DNA of 64,000 nt. Source: Octopus sinensis. Taxonomy: Eukaryota. The stretch is taken from positions 32,426,001-32,490,000 of the forward strand of contig NC_043015.1 in NCBI RefSeq assembly GCF_006345805.1, written 5' to 3'. How positions within the stretch are numbered: the stretch's first letter is position 1; each line of letters opens with the position of its first letter. Below, piece after piece: positions 14,280-26,347 of this stretch. The translations under genes and the position numbers were made by a program. Below the pieces are notes generated by a model. The model saw nothing but the letters and a program-made list of their open reading frames with translations, was not told the origin of the DNA and did not search any database.

Positions 14280-15516
14280 TGTTCGTCTGTTGTTGCCGAC
14301 GATGAGAAAGGACACCACATTATAGAAGAAGACGGAGCACGGTCTGTTCAGCAGTGAACGATCAATCCGATGCATGCTGGGAAGGCTCCGCCGCAGGCCG
14401 GTTACTGTTGGCCTGCTGCGACTGAAAGCAACGAATTGGCACTGGACTTGTGCTGTTCACTTTTCTTTGTACCCGTGTATATATATATATACTATAGTAT
14501 ATCATTCCTGGAAAATTCAAATACAAGTAATTAAAATAAGATATTTAAAAAAATATATATATATAATACATAATGTACATTATGTATTTAAATTAATCTA
14601 TATACATTAAATTATTTATTTATTTATTTATTTAATAAACATCTAAGTTAAATCTTATTCTAATTAAGTAATATATACTAAAAAAACTTCATGCTAACTT
14701 ATATTCATACAACTACTACAAACTATGATTACAAGAATTAAAAATAGAAAAATGGTTCAAATATATACACACAAATTAGTTAAAATTACTATATAATTAA
14801 TTTATATAGAGAATTAATATTACATTCACTTATAGAATTAATCAAAGTTTCAATTATTATTAAAAGTATTAACTTAAATGCAATATTACATAACAAATAA
14901 AATTCCTACATATTAGATAAGATTTTGTCTTACAAAACTATTTCACGATGATGATGTCTTGAGCTAATTGGATCCTATAAAGGAGCTGTTGTGGTAGCAG
15001 GTCCCGAAACACTTGAAATTCCTAATAAAATCAAGTAAATAAATATACGTATCTTAACTAATAATTATCAAATGACAATATAGAAATTAATATTTTTACA
15101 ATAATAATCAAACAAAATTCAATTCAAAATTCAATAATATTTTTACAAAAATTTATTACTTATCGAAGTAAAGATATTAAGTGAATTTTAAACGTAAAAA
15201 CGTAGGCCTTAGCGTTTATAAGAAATTTAACTCGTGAAGAATATAGAATAAATATATAGAAGTAGGTATTGTATTAATGAAAATGGCGAAATATATTTAA
15301 GCTTCTAGAATCAGAGTTTAAGAGAAAGAACAAAACTATAAATTACTATTTACTGGAGAAGTTAAAATCCAAATAATTAAAATTATAATGTAAAATATAC
15401 ACAATATAGTTAAATTAATTTATATTACTATAATTATTAAATCTTTATTAATTTATATATTCATTTAATTATTAAGAAATATCCAAGTTTAAAGGTGTGT
15501 ATATATATATATACAC

Positions 15517-17140
15517 AAAGAGACAAAAATTGAGTACATCAACATCGAAGAAGATGATTTCACACTAGCCATTGATGAGATTGACACAAACTCAGCTGCT
15601 GGAACTGATGGATTCCCAGCGATCCTTCTCAAATCGTGCAAACGAGCCCTTGCAAAACCGCTACAGCTTCTTTTTCAGAGCTTTCTTGCAAGTGGTAAGC
15701 TCCCAGTCAAACTGAAAGAGGGGGTAATATGCCCTATCCATAAGGGAGGTAGCAGAGCAGATGCTAAAAATTATAGGCCTATCTCTCTGACCTCACACAT
15801 CAGCAAAGTCATGGAACGAATAGTCCGTAAGAAACTAATCATGTTCCTTGAAGAAAATGACTTACTGTCTGACACCCAGCATGGATTTCGACCAGGTAGA
15901 GGCTGCCTAACACAGCTCCTGCAACACTATGACTGGGTGTTGAAACAGCTACTAAATGGCTCAAATGTGGATGTAATATATCTTGACTTTGCAAAAGCCT
16001 TTGATAAAGTCGACCATGGTATGATCTGTCACAAACTGCGTGGTCTCGGCATAGGCGGGAAACTTGGAGAGTGGCTGCACAACTTCCTAAAAGACAGAAA
16101 ACAGGCAGTTGTGAGCAATGGAGCCACCTCCAGGGAAACGCAAATAACAAGCGGTGTCCCACAGGGCACTGTCTTGGGGCCACTGATGTTCATAGTGGCC
16201 CTTTCAGACATGCCTTCAGTTGCTACGATGACCACCCTTGCTAGCTATGCAGATGACACAAAAGTCTCCCACGCAATACAAAACCCTGAAAATATTGCGC
16301 ATCTGCAACATGAGCTGGACACAATATACAGGTGGGCTGAGGACAACAACATGCAGTTTAATGCAGGTAAGTTCCAGGCCCTGCGCTACTGGCACACAAG
16401 GTAAATGACGTGAAGACTGGATACACTGGCCCAGGAAGAATTGCAATCCCTGAGTCAAAATCAGTGCGTGACCTGGGCATTGACATGAGCAATGGTGCAT
16501 CTTTCCAAATGCATATTGCTAATCTGGTGATAAAATGCAGACGGCTAGCTGGATGGATTCTCCGAACTTTCAGAACAAGAGAGAAGTAGACACTGATGGT
16601 CCTATGGAAAACATTTGTCCTCAGCCGCTTGGACTACTGCTCCCAACTTTGGTCACCACACAATATAAAACAAACAGCAGAACTCGAAGCAACTCAGAGA
16701 AGCTACACAAAGAAAATCGTCTCAATGCAAAATGTCAGCTACTGGGAAAGACTGAAGGTATTAAACCTCTTCTCCCTGGAGCGGAGGCGGGAGAGATATG
16801 CAGTGATATACATCTGGAAAATCCTGGAGGGTCTTGTCCCAAACTTTGGCATTCAAAGTTACTCCAACCGCAGAACGGGGCGCCGCTGCGTGGTGCCAAG
16901 GATTCCAACATCACCATCAAAATACAGGTCCAGATACTGCAACAGCTTGGGTTTCAGAGGACCACAGCTCTTTAACATCCTCCCTAAATGCCTGAGAGAC
17001 TTACACGGTGTGGATGTGGGTTTCTTTAAAACTAAACTGGATCTCTTCTTGTTGGGAGTCCCAGATGAACCTACCTCACGACAGAGACACGGATGCGGGC
17101 AGCAGCATCGAACTCCCTTGTTGATCAAGTGCCACGTATC
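15517..17140 (+). pseudogene. Disrupted LINE ORF2 (reverse transcriptase)
   Basis: Frame 1 is open 15517-16401. A frameshift at ~16400 moves it to frame 3, with in-frame TAG at 16587-16589. A further frameshift near 17080 precedes the typical ..RAAASNSLVDQ end. Confidence 0.9.
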
Positions 17141-17236
17141 AGAAGTGGATTCACAAACTAGTGTAGCTCATTCAGCGGTGGTGCCCCAGCATGGCCGCGG
17201 CCTTCGGGCTAAAACATTTTTAAGGATTTTAAGGAT
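15517..17236 (+). mobile_element. 5'-truncated CR1/L2-group (Jockey-superclade) LINE: RT and C-terminal ORF2 plus 3' UTR
   Basis: RT motifs ..CPIHKGG..NYRPISLTS..KVME..QHGFRPGR..YLDFAKAFDKVDHG..SGVPQGTVLGP..YADDTK, then RDLGI and SRLDYCSQLWSP..ERRRERY..FKTKLDLFL. 3' end has a hairpin and (ttttaagga)2. (TA)n on both sides. Confidence 0.95.
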
Positions 17237-17264
17237 ATATATATATATATATATATACATATAC

Positions 17265-17412
17265 CGTGGATGTGTGGTGAGGAGCTTCTTACTCAATCAC
17301 ATGGTTCTGGGTTCAGTTCCACTGCGTGACTCCTTGGTCAAGTGTCTTCTGCTATAGTCTGGGGCCGACCAAAGACTTCTGAGTGTATTTGGTGGACTGA
17401 AAGAAGCCTGTG
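17265..17412 (+). mobile_element. SINE family A head/body
   Basis: gtggatgtgtggtgaggag..gggttcagttccactgcgtg..ccttggtcaagtgtcttctgctatag..gccgaccaaag. Confidence 0.8.
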
Positions 17413-17510
<98 letters not shown>

Positions 17511-17513
17511 ATG

Positions 17514-17547
<34 letters not shown>

Positions 17548-17954
17548 TGTATGTATGTGTGTGTGTATGTGTTTGTGTACGTATCCATTCAGGCACATGC
17601 GCAAAAGCACACGCACATATATGCATATATATATACATACATACATAAAACAACTAACAAGCGATATCAGTCAAAGCCAGTAGAGTTTTTAAGGTACACC
17701 TTGTGGACTCTCTTTCTGTCTGTCCCTAACACATTTCATCTCCTAACTACGCCGTTCTTTACATTCCACAACCCTGCTAACAATAACATGTCATGTATAT
17801 CAGAGTGCTTGGTCTACTGCCTCACGCTGCATATTCGTAGCCGCCCATACCACCAGGCAGTTCGCCCGGACAATTTAACTGGATTGCTATTGCATACTGA
17901 GAGTTTAAAGACCATGAGTACATTTCTCTACTTTTTGATAGTGGAGTTTTCTAG

Positions 17955-18036
<82 letters not shown>

Positions 18037-18057
18037 ATCTATCTGTCTGTCTGTTTG

Positions 18058-18120
<63 letters not shown>

Positions 18121-18122
<2 letters not shown>

Positions 18123-18310
18123 TTTTTTTCTCCTCTCCCCTTTTTTTAAAACCCCCCCCCTTTTTTTGTCCTCTTTCTCTCCTTTTACGATCCTTTTGAT
18201 CGAAACTCCCCCATTCCTTTTTTTTTCTTTCTTTTTTAAACCTTCAAAAGAAAAGCTCACTTGTAATTTGTTCTATCTGTGTGCAGCCCTGTGTGGCTAA
18301 TAAAGAAACA
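18121..18310 (+). mobile_element. Short retroelement 3'-end fragment in (CTAT)n, copy 1
   Basis: Pyrimidine-rich block, then ttttacgatccttttgatcgaaa..caaaagaaaagctc..ttgtaatttg..tctgtgtgcagccctgtgtggctaataaagaaac. (CTAT)n on both sides. Confidence 0.7.
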
Positions 18311-18331
18311 TATCTATCTATCTATCTATCT

Positions 18332-18365
<34 letters not shown>

Positions 18366-18371
18366 CTATCT

Positions 18372-18410
<39 letters not shown>

Positions 18411-18421
18411 GTTTGTCTGTT

Positions 18422-18457
<36 letters not shown>

Positions 18458-18464
18458 CTCTATC

Positions 18465-18650
18465 TTTTTTTTTTCTCCTCTCCCTCTTTTTTAACCCCCC
18501 TTTTGTCCTCTTTCTCTCCTTTTACGATCCCTTTTGATCGAAACTCCCCCTTAAGTCCTTTGTTTTTTCTTTCTTTTTTAAACCTTCAAAAGAAAAGCTC
18601 TACCTTGTAATTTGTTCTATCTGTGTCAGCCCTGGCCTAATAAAGAAACA
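18465..18650 (+). mobile_element. Short retroelement 3'-end fragment in (CTAT)n, copy 2
   Basis: Near-identical to 18121-18310 and again flanked by (CTAT)n. Confidence 0.7.
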
Positions 18651-18696
<46 letters not shown>

Positions 18697-18717
18697 ATCT
18701 ATCTATCTGTCTGTCTG

Positions 18718-18808
<91 letters not shown>

Positions 18809-20056
18809 GTCTGTCTATCTATTCGATTAACTTCCATTTCACATTATCACTGTGAATGATATAATATGTATTATATACTGATGGAAAATAAATTTGATAT
18901 ACAAATGTACATGCATATGGATTTCTCTTTAAGTATCTGGCAAAAAGGATCTCCACAAGTGCGTCTAAATATGTTTAGATCTTGAGGAATACGATTTTTG
19001 AAAGAATCATAAAGCAATTCGGTAGATAGCTTCAAGCTACTCTTGTCTATTTTAGAAGATATGATTAATATAAATAAACACAGTTCTTACGGGACTTCAG
19101 CTGCATGCCTGTTGTGTTTTGAACGGGAAATTCTTCATTCTTCTTTATTTTTTTTTTGGTAATGAACTTCTTTTGTACCAGGAAACGGAATTATTACTTT
19201 TTGTAGAGCTTCATCAAGATTTTTGGTTTCTAATCTTTTAGCGTCTGACAGACTATATACTTTGGACTTTTTCGGGAACTGCTGCTGTGAAATGGAGTGT
19301 AATGGAAGATTTTGAATGCTCAAAATTTCAACCGATTATTATGCTAAAAGATTTGTTACTATTTTCTAAAATACAAATATAAAACACACATTATGTAGTC
19401 TTGCAAACGAATTTGTCATTTCTCTTTTTTTTTTCCCCAGAATTCTACAAATTTTTCAAACCTTTCTACTCCTTGGGTTGTTTTTCGTGTACAGTTCCTT
19501 AAAATTGTGTGTCGGTCGTTTTCATTATATCACCTTGGTCACGATGTCGTAATTCTCCGCTTTCGTTCTAGATTTCATTTAATATATATTTCCAATAAAT
19601 TTATTTCAGATAACTTTTGATGTGTATTATATACCAGACTCCGTAGTTTTTCCATCTTCCGTTACATCGACAGACTTATAGCAAATAATTCTTCGCCAAG
19701 TGGAGAACTTAAAGCACTAAATATCTGTGTGTTTTCTGGTATATATGTATTTATATGTATGCTTTATCTATATAAGTTTTGCAGTGGCTATTTACATCTA
19801 GGTTTGTGTGAATATCCAATGATACGGTGTACTCAGCCTTTATATTTGCATCTATGTACTTCAGGGTTTGAGCATAAGTATTTCTGAGGTATTATATATG
19901 CATTCGAGTGTCTATGCATGTGTTCATAAATGAGATGTGTATATATAAATGTGAGATGAGTGGGTATGTGTATATATTATTGTATTTCTGTTTGTATATG
20001 TGTGTGCGTATATACACATGTGGATTGATATTTATATACATCTTATCCATTATACT

Positions 20057-20384
20057 GTGAGGGCGCGTGGCTTAGTGGTTAGGGCATTCGGCTCATGATC
20101 GTAAGGTTGTGAGTTCGATTCCCGGCGACGCGTTGTGTCCTTGAGCAAGACACTTTATTCACGTTGCTCCAGTCCACTCAGCTGGCAAAAATGAGTTGTA
20201 CTTGTATTTCAAAGGGTCCAGCCTTGTCACTCTCTGTGTCACGCTGATTATCCCCGAGAACTACGTTAAGGTACACGTGTCTGTGGAATGCTCAGCCATT
20301 TGCACGTTAATTTCACGAGCAAGCTGTTCCGTTGATCGTATCATCTGGGACCACTCGTCGTCGTAACCGGCGGAGTCTTATTTA
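20057..20384 (+). mobile_element. Full-length SINE family C with 12-bp TSD
   Basis: A box gtggcttagtggtt, B box gagttcgattccc, body gtgtccttgagcaagacacttt..gttgctccagtccactcagctgg. TSD atccattatact at 20045-20056 and 20385-20396. Confidence 0.93.
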
Positions 20385-20598
20385 ATCCATTATACTTTAT
20401 TTGAAACGCATTTTCAGAACCGATCCACGTCTTTTTTGAAGTTTCCCTCTCCATCATATTTATTATTATTGTTTTTCCCGTTCCTTCCTTTCCATATGTT
20501 TCTCTCGTTTTATTTTAATCTGCCGATGTCCAGCGTGCATCTGCTGCTGCTGCTGTTGTTCGTCTTCGTCTTCTTCTCTTTCTTCTTCTTCTTCTTTT

Positions 20599-20698
20599 NN
20601 NNNNNNNNNNNNNNNNNNNNNNNNNNNNNNNNNNNNNNNNNNNNNNNNNNNNNNNNNNNNNNNNNNNNNNNNNNNNNNNNNNNNNNNNNNNNNNNNNN
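20599..20698. other. Assembly gap (100 N)
   Basis: Run of exactly 100 n. Confidence 0.99.
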
Positions 20699-20776
20699 CG
20701 TGTATATATATTAATATATATATATATATATAAACTCATATATATATACATGTGTGTGTATTTGTTTATGTATATT

Positions 20777-20868
<92 letters not shown>

Positions 20869-20871
<3 letters not shown>

Positions 20872-20943
20872 CACGGGCATATAGCGTAGTGTTTAAGAGC
20901 GCAGGTACTAACCCAAGATTCCGAGTTCGATTCTAGTCAGTGA

Positions 20944-21009
<66 letters not shown>

Positions 21010-21172
21010 CATAATAATATAATGATAATAACATAAAAAATACCTTCGGAATGGGAACCCATGTTCGAAATTTCCCCAAGACACCTGATGAAGGCTAGAG
21101 GGTATATCAGCCGAAACGTTGTGTTAACAACAAACAAGATGAGGACAAATACCCGCGTCAATTGTAATCAAT

Positions 21173-21174
<2 letters not shown>
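20869..21174 (+). mobile_element. SINE family E: tRNA-like head + (AAT)n + hammerhead ribozyme + short tail, embedded in (TA)n
   Basis: A box TAGCGTAGTGTT (20882-20893), B box GAGTTCGATTC (20923-20933), (AAT)n ~20948-21030, hammerhead 21080-21125. (TA)n directly on both sides. Confidence 0.8.
21080..21125 (+). ncRNA. Minimal type I hammerhead ribozyme
   Basis: GACAC-CUGAUGA-A-GGCU(AGAGGGUAUAUC)AGCC-GAAA-CG-U-U-GUGUU. Intact core (CTGATGA 21085-21091, GAAA 21113-21116), helix I GACAC/GUGUU, helix II GGCU/AGCC, palindromic AACGUU helix III and a GUU cleavage triplet. Confidence 0.85.
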
Positions 21175-21252
<78 letters not shown>

Positions 21253-22509
21253 GTAAATCTTTGTTTGTATGTACATTAAACTGCAGGATCGCTCAATACT
21301 TATTGTAGATAATATATTTATTATTCTTGAACAAGAACTTTCGGTCTGCTTATCTTTCACAGTCCAATGAATGCGAAGCAGTGCGAAAGCTCCAAGTCAT
21401 TGCCAACTTTATTCTTGCTAAAGAAAAATAAAGAAATACATATGTATGTGTGTGTGTGCGAGTGTATATATCTGCGTGTTCAAACGTGTATCAGAGTGTG
21501 TGTGTGTTTTAGATGATAATATTAATGGTGATGATGATGATGATGGTAATGATGATGATGAAAACATTTGTTGACGATAGTGGCATCTGAAACTGTATAG
21601 AAATTAGAGCTGGATCAACCATATATCTGTAATTACTCTTTTAATGGTATTGTTGGTATCGCTGTTTGTAATGCAGACTTTGACTGTGGTTTGATTGCCA
21701 GGCTGTTTAATTACACTACATCTGTCACCAAGTAGCTCTAATTAGACATGTAATTAGGAAGATACCGCCCAACCGACCCACCGATCGACATAACCACCTC
21801 AAATGGCAGTGGCAAGTAATTACAAAAACAACTTCGGAAACTTCGGGCGTAGCGTCAACAGAAACTTCAATGATGACAGCCATAACAACTGCAATACAAA
21901 ATATCGACATCGCCAAGGACAGCAAATTTTATAGCAACACAACAATATGCTGACTTTGATGATAATGAGAACTACTAAGGTCACGATGGCGATAATCAAG
22001 ACGAAGACGACGACGACGATGGTGACGTTGGCTTGATGGTCAAAAACAAGCAACAGAAGAATAAAACGATTTTCTTCTTTAATATTCGCTGGTTGCCAGA
22101 ATATTGAATCTGAACCTTTCCAAAACTTCACCGAACGTTCCACCACGCACACACTGGAGATCCGACATCACATACCGTCATTAATACTTCACTACATTAC
22201 ACGATTGGTCGTGTTCTTTTGATGATGTCATTGTAATTAGCGGCATTGGTCTTAACAAGAAGCTAACGAATCCAATTTGCCTCTCATGCTGTCTCTATCT
22301 AAATGAGTAAGCAATTATTATTTGCAAACACAAATAATACAATATCCAATGAACACAGAGAAATATCTATTATTCATTCCTTGCATATTTAATATAGGGT
22401 TAGTATCTGAGAGAAAACTCTGCTTGACCGCATTTGTGGCTTCTGTTCCACCAATAAGTAACTTAATATGCCCAGTGTTATAAAATGTGGACCGTTCAAT
22501 GGTGCATTT

Positions 22510-22815
<306 letters not shown>

Positions 22816-23690
22816 GCATTTCATTGACTTGCGTTTCACAAATCGCTTTTTGCCAGAAGATATCATCCTACATTTAGTTCTTGCTAACAGACTGAGATGT
22901 GCGTCGCTGCATTATACACAGATAGGTTATTAAATAAAGAATTGAGGAAGATTCCGCTGCTGTTATGTCTATCATGTCTCTCTACCATGATTAGGCTTTC
23001 GTCGTGGTTAAAACATATGTTTATATATATATATATATATATAATATATATATAATTATATATATTATAATATATATATAATTATATATATAATTCAAAT
23101 TCCGATGAACGTAAACAAGCAAACGAAGTTTGCTTTAGAAGCGTTGAGATGTCTTAAAAAGTTAAAGAAGTGATTTTAAATTCTCAAACGCTGGATAATG
23201 CTAATAATATAGCCTGAACAGGATAAGCGACCCCTATTTTGCAGAAAAAAGTGTTGGCGTCCGGCTATGAGACTCGAACTCAGTTGAATTGTGGGATTGA
23301 TGTAATCGACTTAACCCTTCCCCTAAGTTTTTAGTCCTGTGCCAAAATTTGAATTCAATAGTTGCTCTTACACCCACATATAACCCTGGTTGCGTTTTCG
23401 CAACGCAAAACCTGCTTCTTCTTGTTTGAACATGAACTCACTGGGAAGCATCTGAGAGAGCATTCGAAATGTCCAGTAGGTAGCCGACACCCGTAGCTAA
23501 CAATAGCATACTGTCCTCTTCCAAATTGTAAAAGCTTACCATAACGTCTAATCAGTAAAATTTTTATAGGCATATATAGGTTAATTACAACTGATAGTAA
23601 TTAAATTCTGTCTAGTTAATTTACTCATTCACCTAGTTACTGCCTATCTACCTGTATACTTGCCCTCTTCCTTACTCATGTTTCTTTTTA

Positions 23691-23733
<43 letters not shown>

Positions 23734-23756
23734 CTACCTCTCTCTCTATCTATCTG

Positions 23757-23820
<64 letters not shown>

Positions 23821-23866
23821 CCTTTCTCTCTCTCTCTCTATCTCTCTATCTATCTATCTACCTATC

Positions 23867-23933
<67 letters not shown>

Positions 23934-23934
23934 C

Positions 23935-24236
23935 CCTATTGATCGTTCTTTTTTCCTCTTCCCCCTTTTTTCCCCCTTTTTTCTTCTTTTTTCATTTCTC
24001 TTTCCTTTTGTTCCTTTTCCTTTTCTTTCTTTTTTTCTCTTTTTATTCTTTTTATTTTATTCAATTTTTTTTTGTTTTTGTTCTTTTCTTCCCTTTTACG
24101 ATCCCTCTTGATCGAAAACCTACGCCACCCCCTTTTTTCTTTCCTTTGTTTTTTGTTCTCTTCATCCCCCAAAAGAAAAGCTCTACCTTGTAACTTGTCC
24201 CATCTGTGTGCAGCCCTGTGTGGCCAATAAATAAAC

Positions 24237-24237
<1 letters not shown>
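23935..24237 (+). mobile_element. Short retroelement 3'-end fragment in (CTAT)n, copy 3 (longer and more diverged)
   Basis: ttttacgatccctcttgatcgaaa..caaaagaaaagctctaccttgtaacttgtcccatctgtgtgcagccctgtgtggccaataaataaac; (CTAT)n on both sides. Confidence 0.7.
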
Positions 24238-24306
<69 letters not shown>

Positions 24307-24308
24307 CC

Positions 24309-24382
<74 letters not shown>

Positions 24383-25069
24383 GCATCTGTCTGTCTTTGA
24401 CATTGTACTTCTCTACGTTAGCCTATTTGCCGGCCTGTCTGCTTGTCTGCTTGCCTGCTTGTCTGTCAATCAATATGCTTCGCCGTTTTTCTTGTTCTCA
24501 TACATACAGTTGTTCATTGTAAAATTACGAAATTAAATTGTTTAATACAAGAAAACGAAATACCTGATTTGGGATTCTTCAAATATAAGAAGAAATAAAA
24601 ATATTAGTTTTAAGTTTATTTTTTCCTTTCCATTTCAAATTCTTAACATTTTCTACACAATGACGAGTTGCCGATGCAGCTAAGCTATTTAGAGAAATTG
24701 ATGTAAAGTAGTTGTTAAGAAGGTTTTTTTTCATAATTCAGATTTTATATGGCGTAAAAATTGTGGGAAAATATTTTCCAAAAGAATAAATATGCATCCC
24801 CTTTAAAATGTTCATTCCTTGTTGAAGTTTTATTAAAATTCATTTTTCATTTCTTTATCTATATTCTAATTTAGTTTCAGGGATCGAGGGAGACTCCATA
24901 TATTGATTTAGATTGAGGAGTGAACATTCTAGAATTTCAGATATATTCCCGTTGCCACAGTATCAGCAAAAACAAAATTTGGTCAAAATATAGCAAACTG
25001 TGATCACGCGTACACCAATCCTTTTCTACCTCATACATACTATGTATGTGTACACTGTTAGTACACCAA

Positions 25070-25286
25070 CTCTTTTACTCTTTTACTTGTTTCAGTCATT
25101 TTGACTGCGGCCATGCTGGAGCACCGCCTTTAGTCAAGCGAATCGACCCCAAGACTTATTCTTTGTAAGCCCAGTACTTATTCTATCGGTCTCTTTTTGC
25201 CGAACCGCTAAGTGACGGGGACGTAAATACACCAGCATCGGTTGTCAAGCAATGCTAGGGAGACAAACACAGACACACAAACATAT

Positions 25287-25317
<31 letters not shown>

Positions 25318-25487
25318 CATATATACGACAGGCTTCTTTCAGTTTCCGTCTACCAAATCCACGCACAAGGCATTGGTCGCCTGAGGCTATAGTAGAAGAC
25401 ACTTGCCCAAGGTGCCACGCAGTGGGACTGAACCCGGAACCATGTGGTTGGTAAGCAAGCTACTTACCACACAGCCACTCCTGCGCC
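25070..25487 (-). mobile_element. Full-length SINE family A
   Basis: Complete head, body, internal (TA)/(TG) tract and tail aaggcggtgctccagcatggccgcagtcaaaatgactgaaacaagtaaaagagtaaaagag. Confidence 0.93.
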
Positions 25488-25647
25488 AAGTTAACAATAT
25501 CGTTTAGAGTAGTAAAGAAATTCGCGTACTCTAGTCGCAGGGTCCGCGGGAATGGTGCATCAGCATTCTCTATTGTAAACCCATGATTGTGCTTCAGTTA
25601 TACTGGTTTTTGCACAGACTAATATACAAGACAAGGCGTAAATAATT

Positions 25648-25924
25648 GTTATGACATATATTTCTTTATTGTGGTAAGTTTGACTCACACCTGTTTCCAG
25701 TTATGATTATAGGTTCAGTTTTGATAGGTTTTCTCAATCGGATCCTGTGACCGGTTGGGAAAAGCTGTACGACCTGAAAGCTTAATGCTACTTCCGTCAG
25801 CTTCTGCTTAGTATTTCTCAACCGATAAATGGACTGATCGAGTAAACCTATCAATATCGAACCTATAATAACTACTGGAAACAGCTGTAAGTCAAACTAC
25901 AATAAAGAAAAAACATATAATGAC
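25648..25924. mobile_element. MITE-like element with ~95-bp imperfect terminal inverted repeats
   Basis: Left arm tttctttattgtg..gtttgactcacacctgtttccagtt..attataggttc..ttgataggttt. The right-arm reverse complement reads tttctttattgtagtttgacttacagctgtttccagtagttattataggttc..ttgataggttt. Confidence 0.7.
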
Positions 25925-25983
25925 TATTATTTACCCCTTGATTTGCATACATGAGTACATGTATATATATATATATATAAATG

Positions 25984-26194
25984 CGCCCTTTTAAAGCCTA
26001 ACCAGGCTCATGGGTCCGGGTTCCAGGTTTCAATGGCGTATGTGTTCCCCAGCTAGACGGGACGCCAGTCCATCGCAGCGTTACTCATTTTTGCCACCTA
26101 AGTGGACTGGAGCTACGTGAAATGAAGCGTTTTGCTCAAGAACACAAAGGTCGCCCGGTCCAGGAATCGAAACCAAAATCTTACGATCATGATG

Positions 26195-26195
<1 letters not shown>
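25984..26195 (-). mobile_element. SINE with family C-type head and a different (V-SINE-like) tail
   Basis: Minus strand gtttcgattcctggaccgggcg..gtgttcttgagcaa..agctccagtccac..gcgatggactggcgtcccgtc..catgagcctggttaggctttaaaagggcg. Confidence 0.75.
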
Positions 26196-26238
<43 letters not shown>

Positions 26239-26278
26239 ATTATATATATATAATATATACATACATACATACACACAC

Positions 26279-26347
<69 letters not shown>

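Noticed and set aside
14490-15500. Identifiable mitochondrial insertion (NUMT)
   Set aside because: No mitochondrial gene, tRNA or rRNA motif was recognised; kept only as one unranked hypothesis in the findings.
16596-17357. 253-aa ORF as an intact protein
   Set aside because: It is the C-terminal part of the broken LINE ORF2, running out of frame through the 3' UTR, (TA)n and a SINE.
19418-19560. Strong polypyrimidine acceptor at ~19440 as an upstream exon
   Set aside because: All three frames stop or lack a convincing donor, and there is no similarity to the expected EYS-like N-terminus.
20875-20940. Bona fide tRNA gene (also the heads at 20057, 33786, 13550 and 60168)
   Set aside because: A and B boxes are present, but acceptor and anticodon stems are incomplete and each head continues into a SINE body.
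21800-22110. Asn/Asp-rich coding-like stretch (MAVASNYKNNFGNF.., DEDDDDDG..TIFFFNIRWL)
   Set aside because: Short and interrupted by stops and a frameshift; explainable by decayed (GAT/GAC/AAC)n. The resemblance to an APE endonuclease start is too slight.
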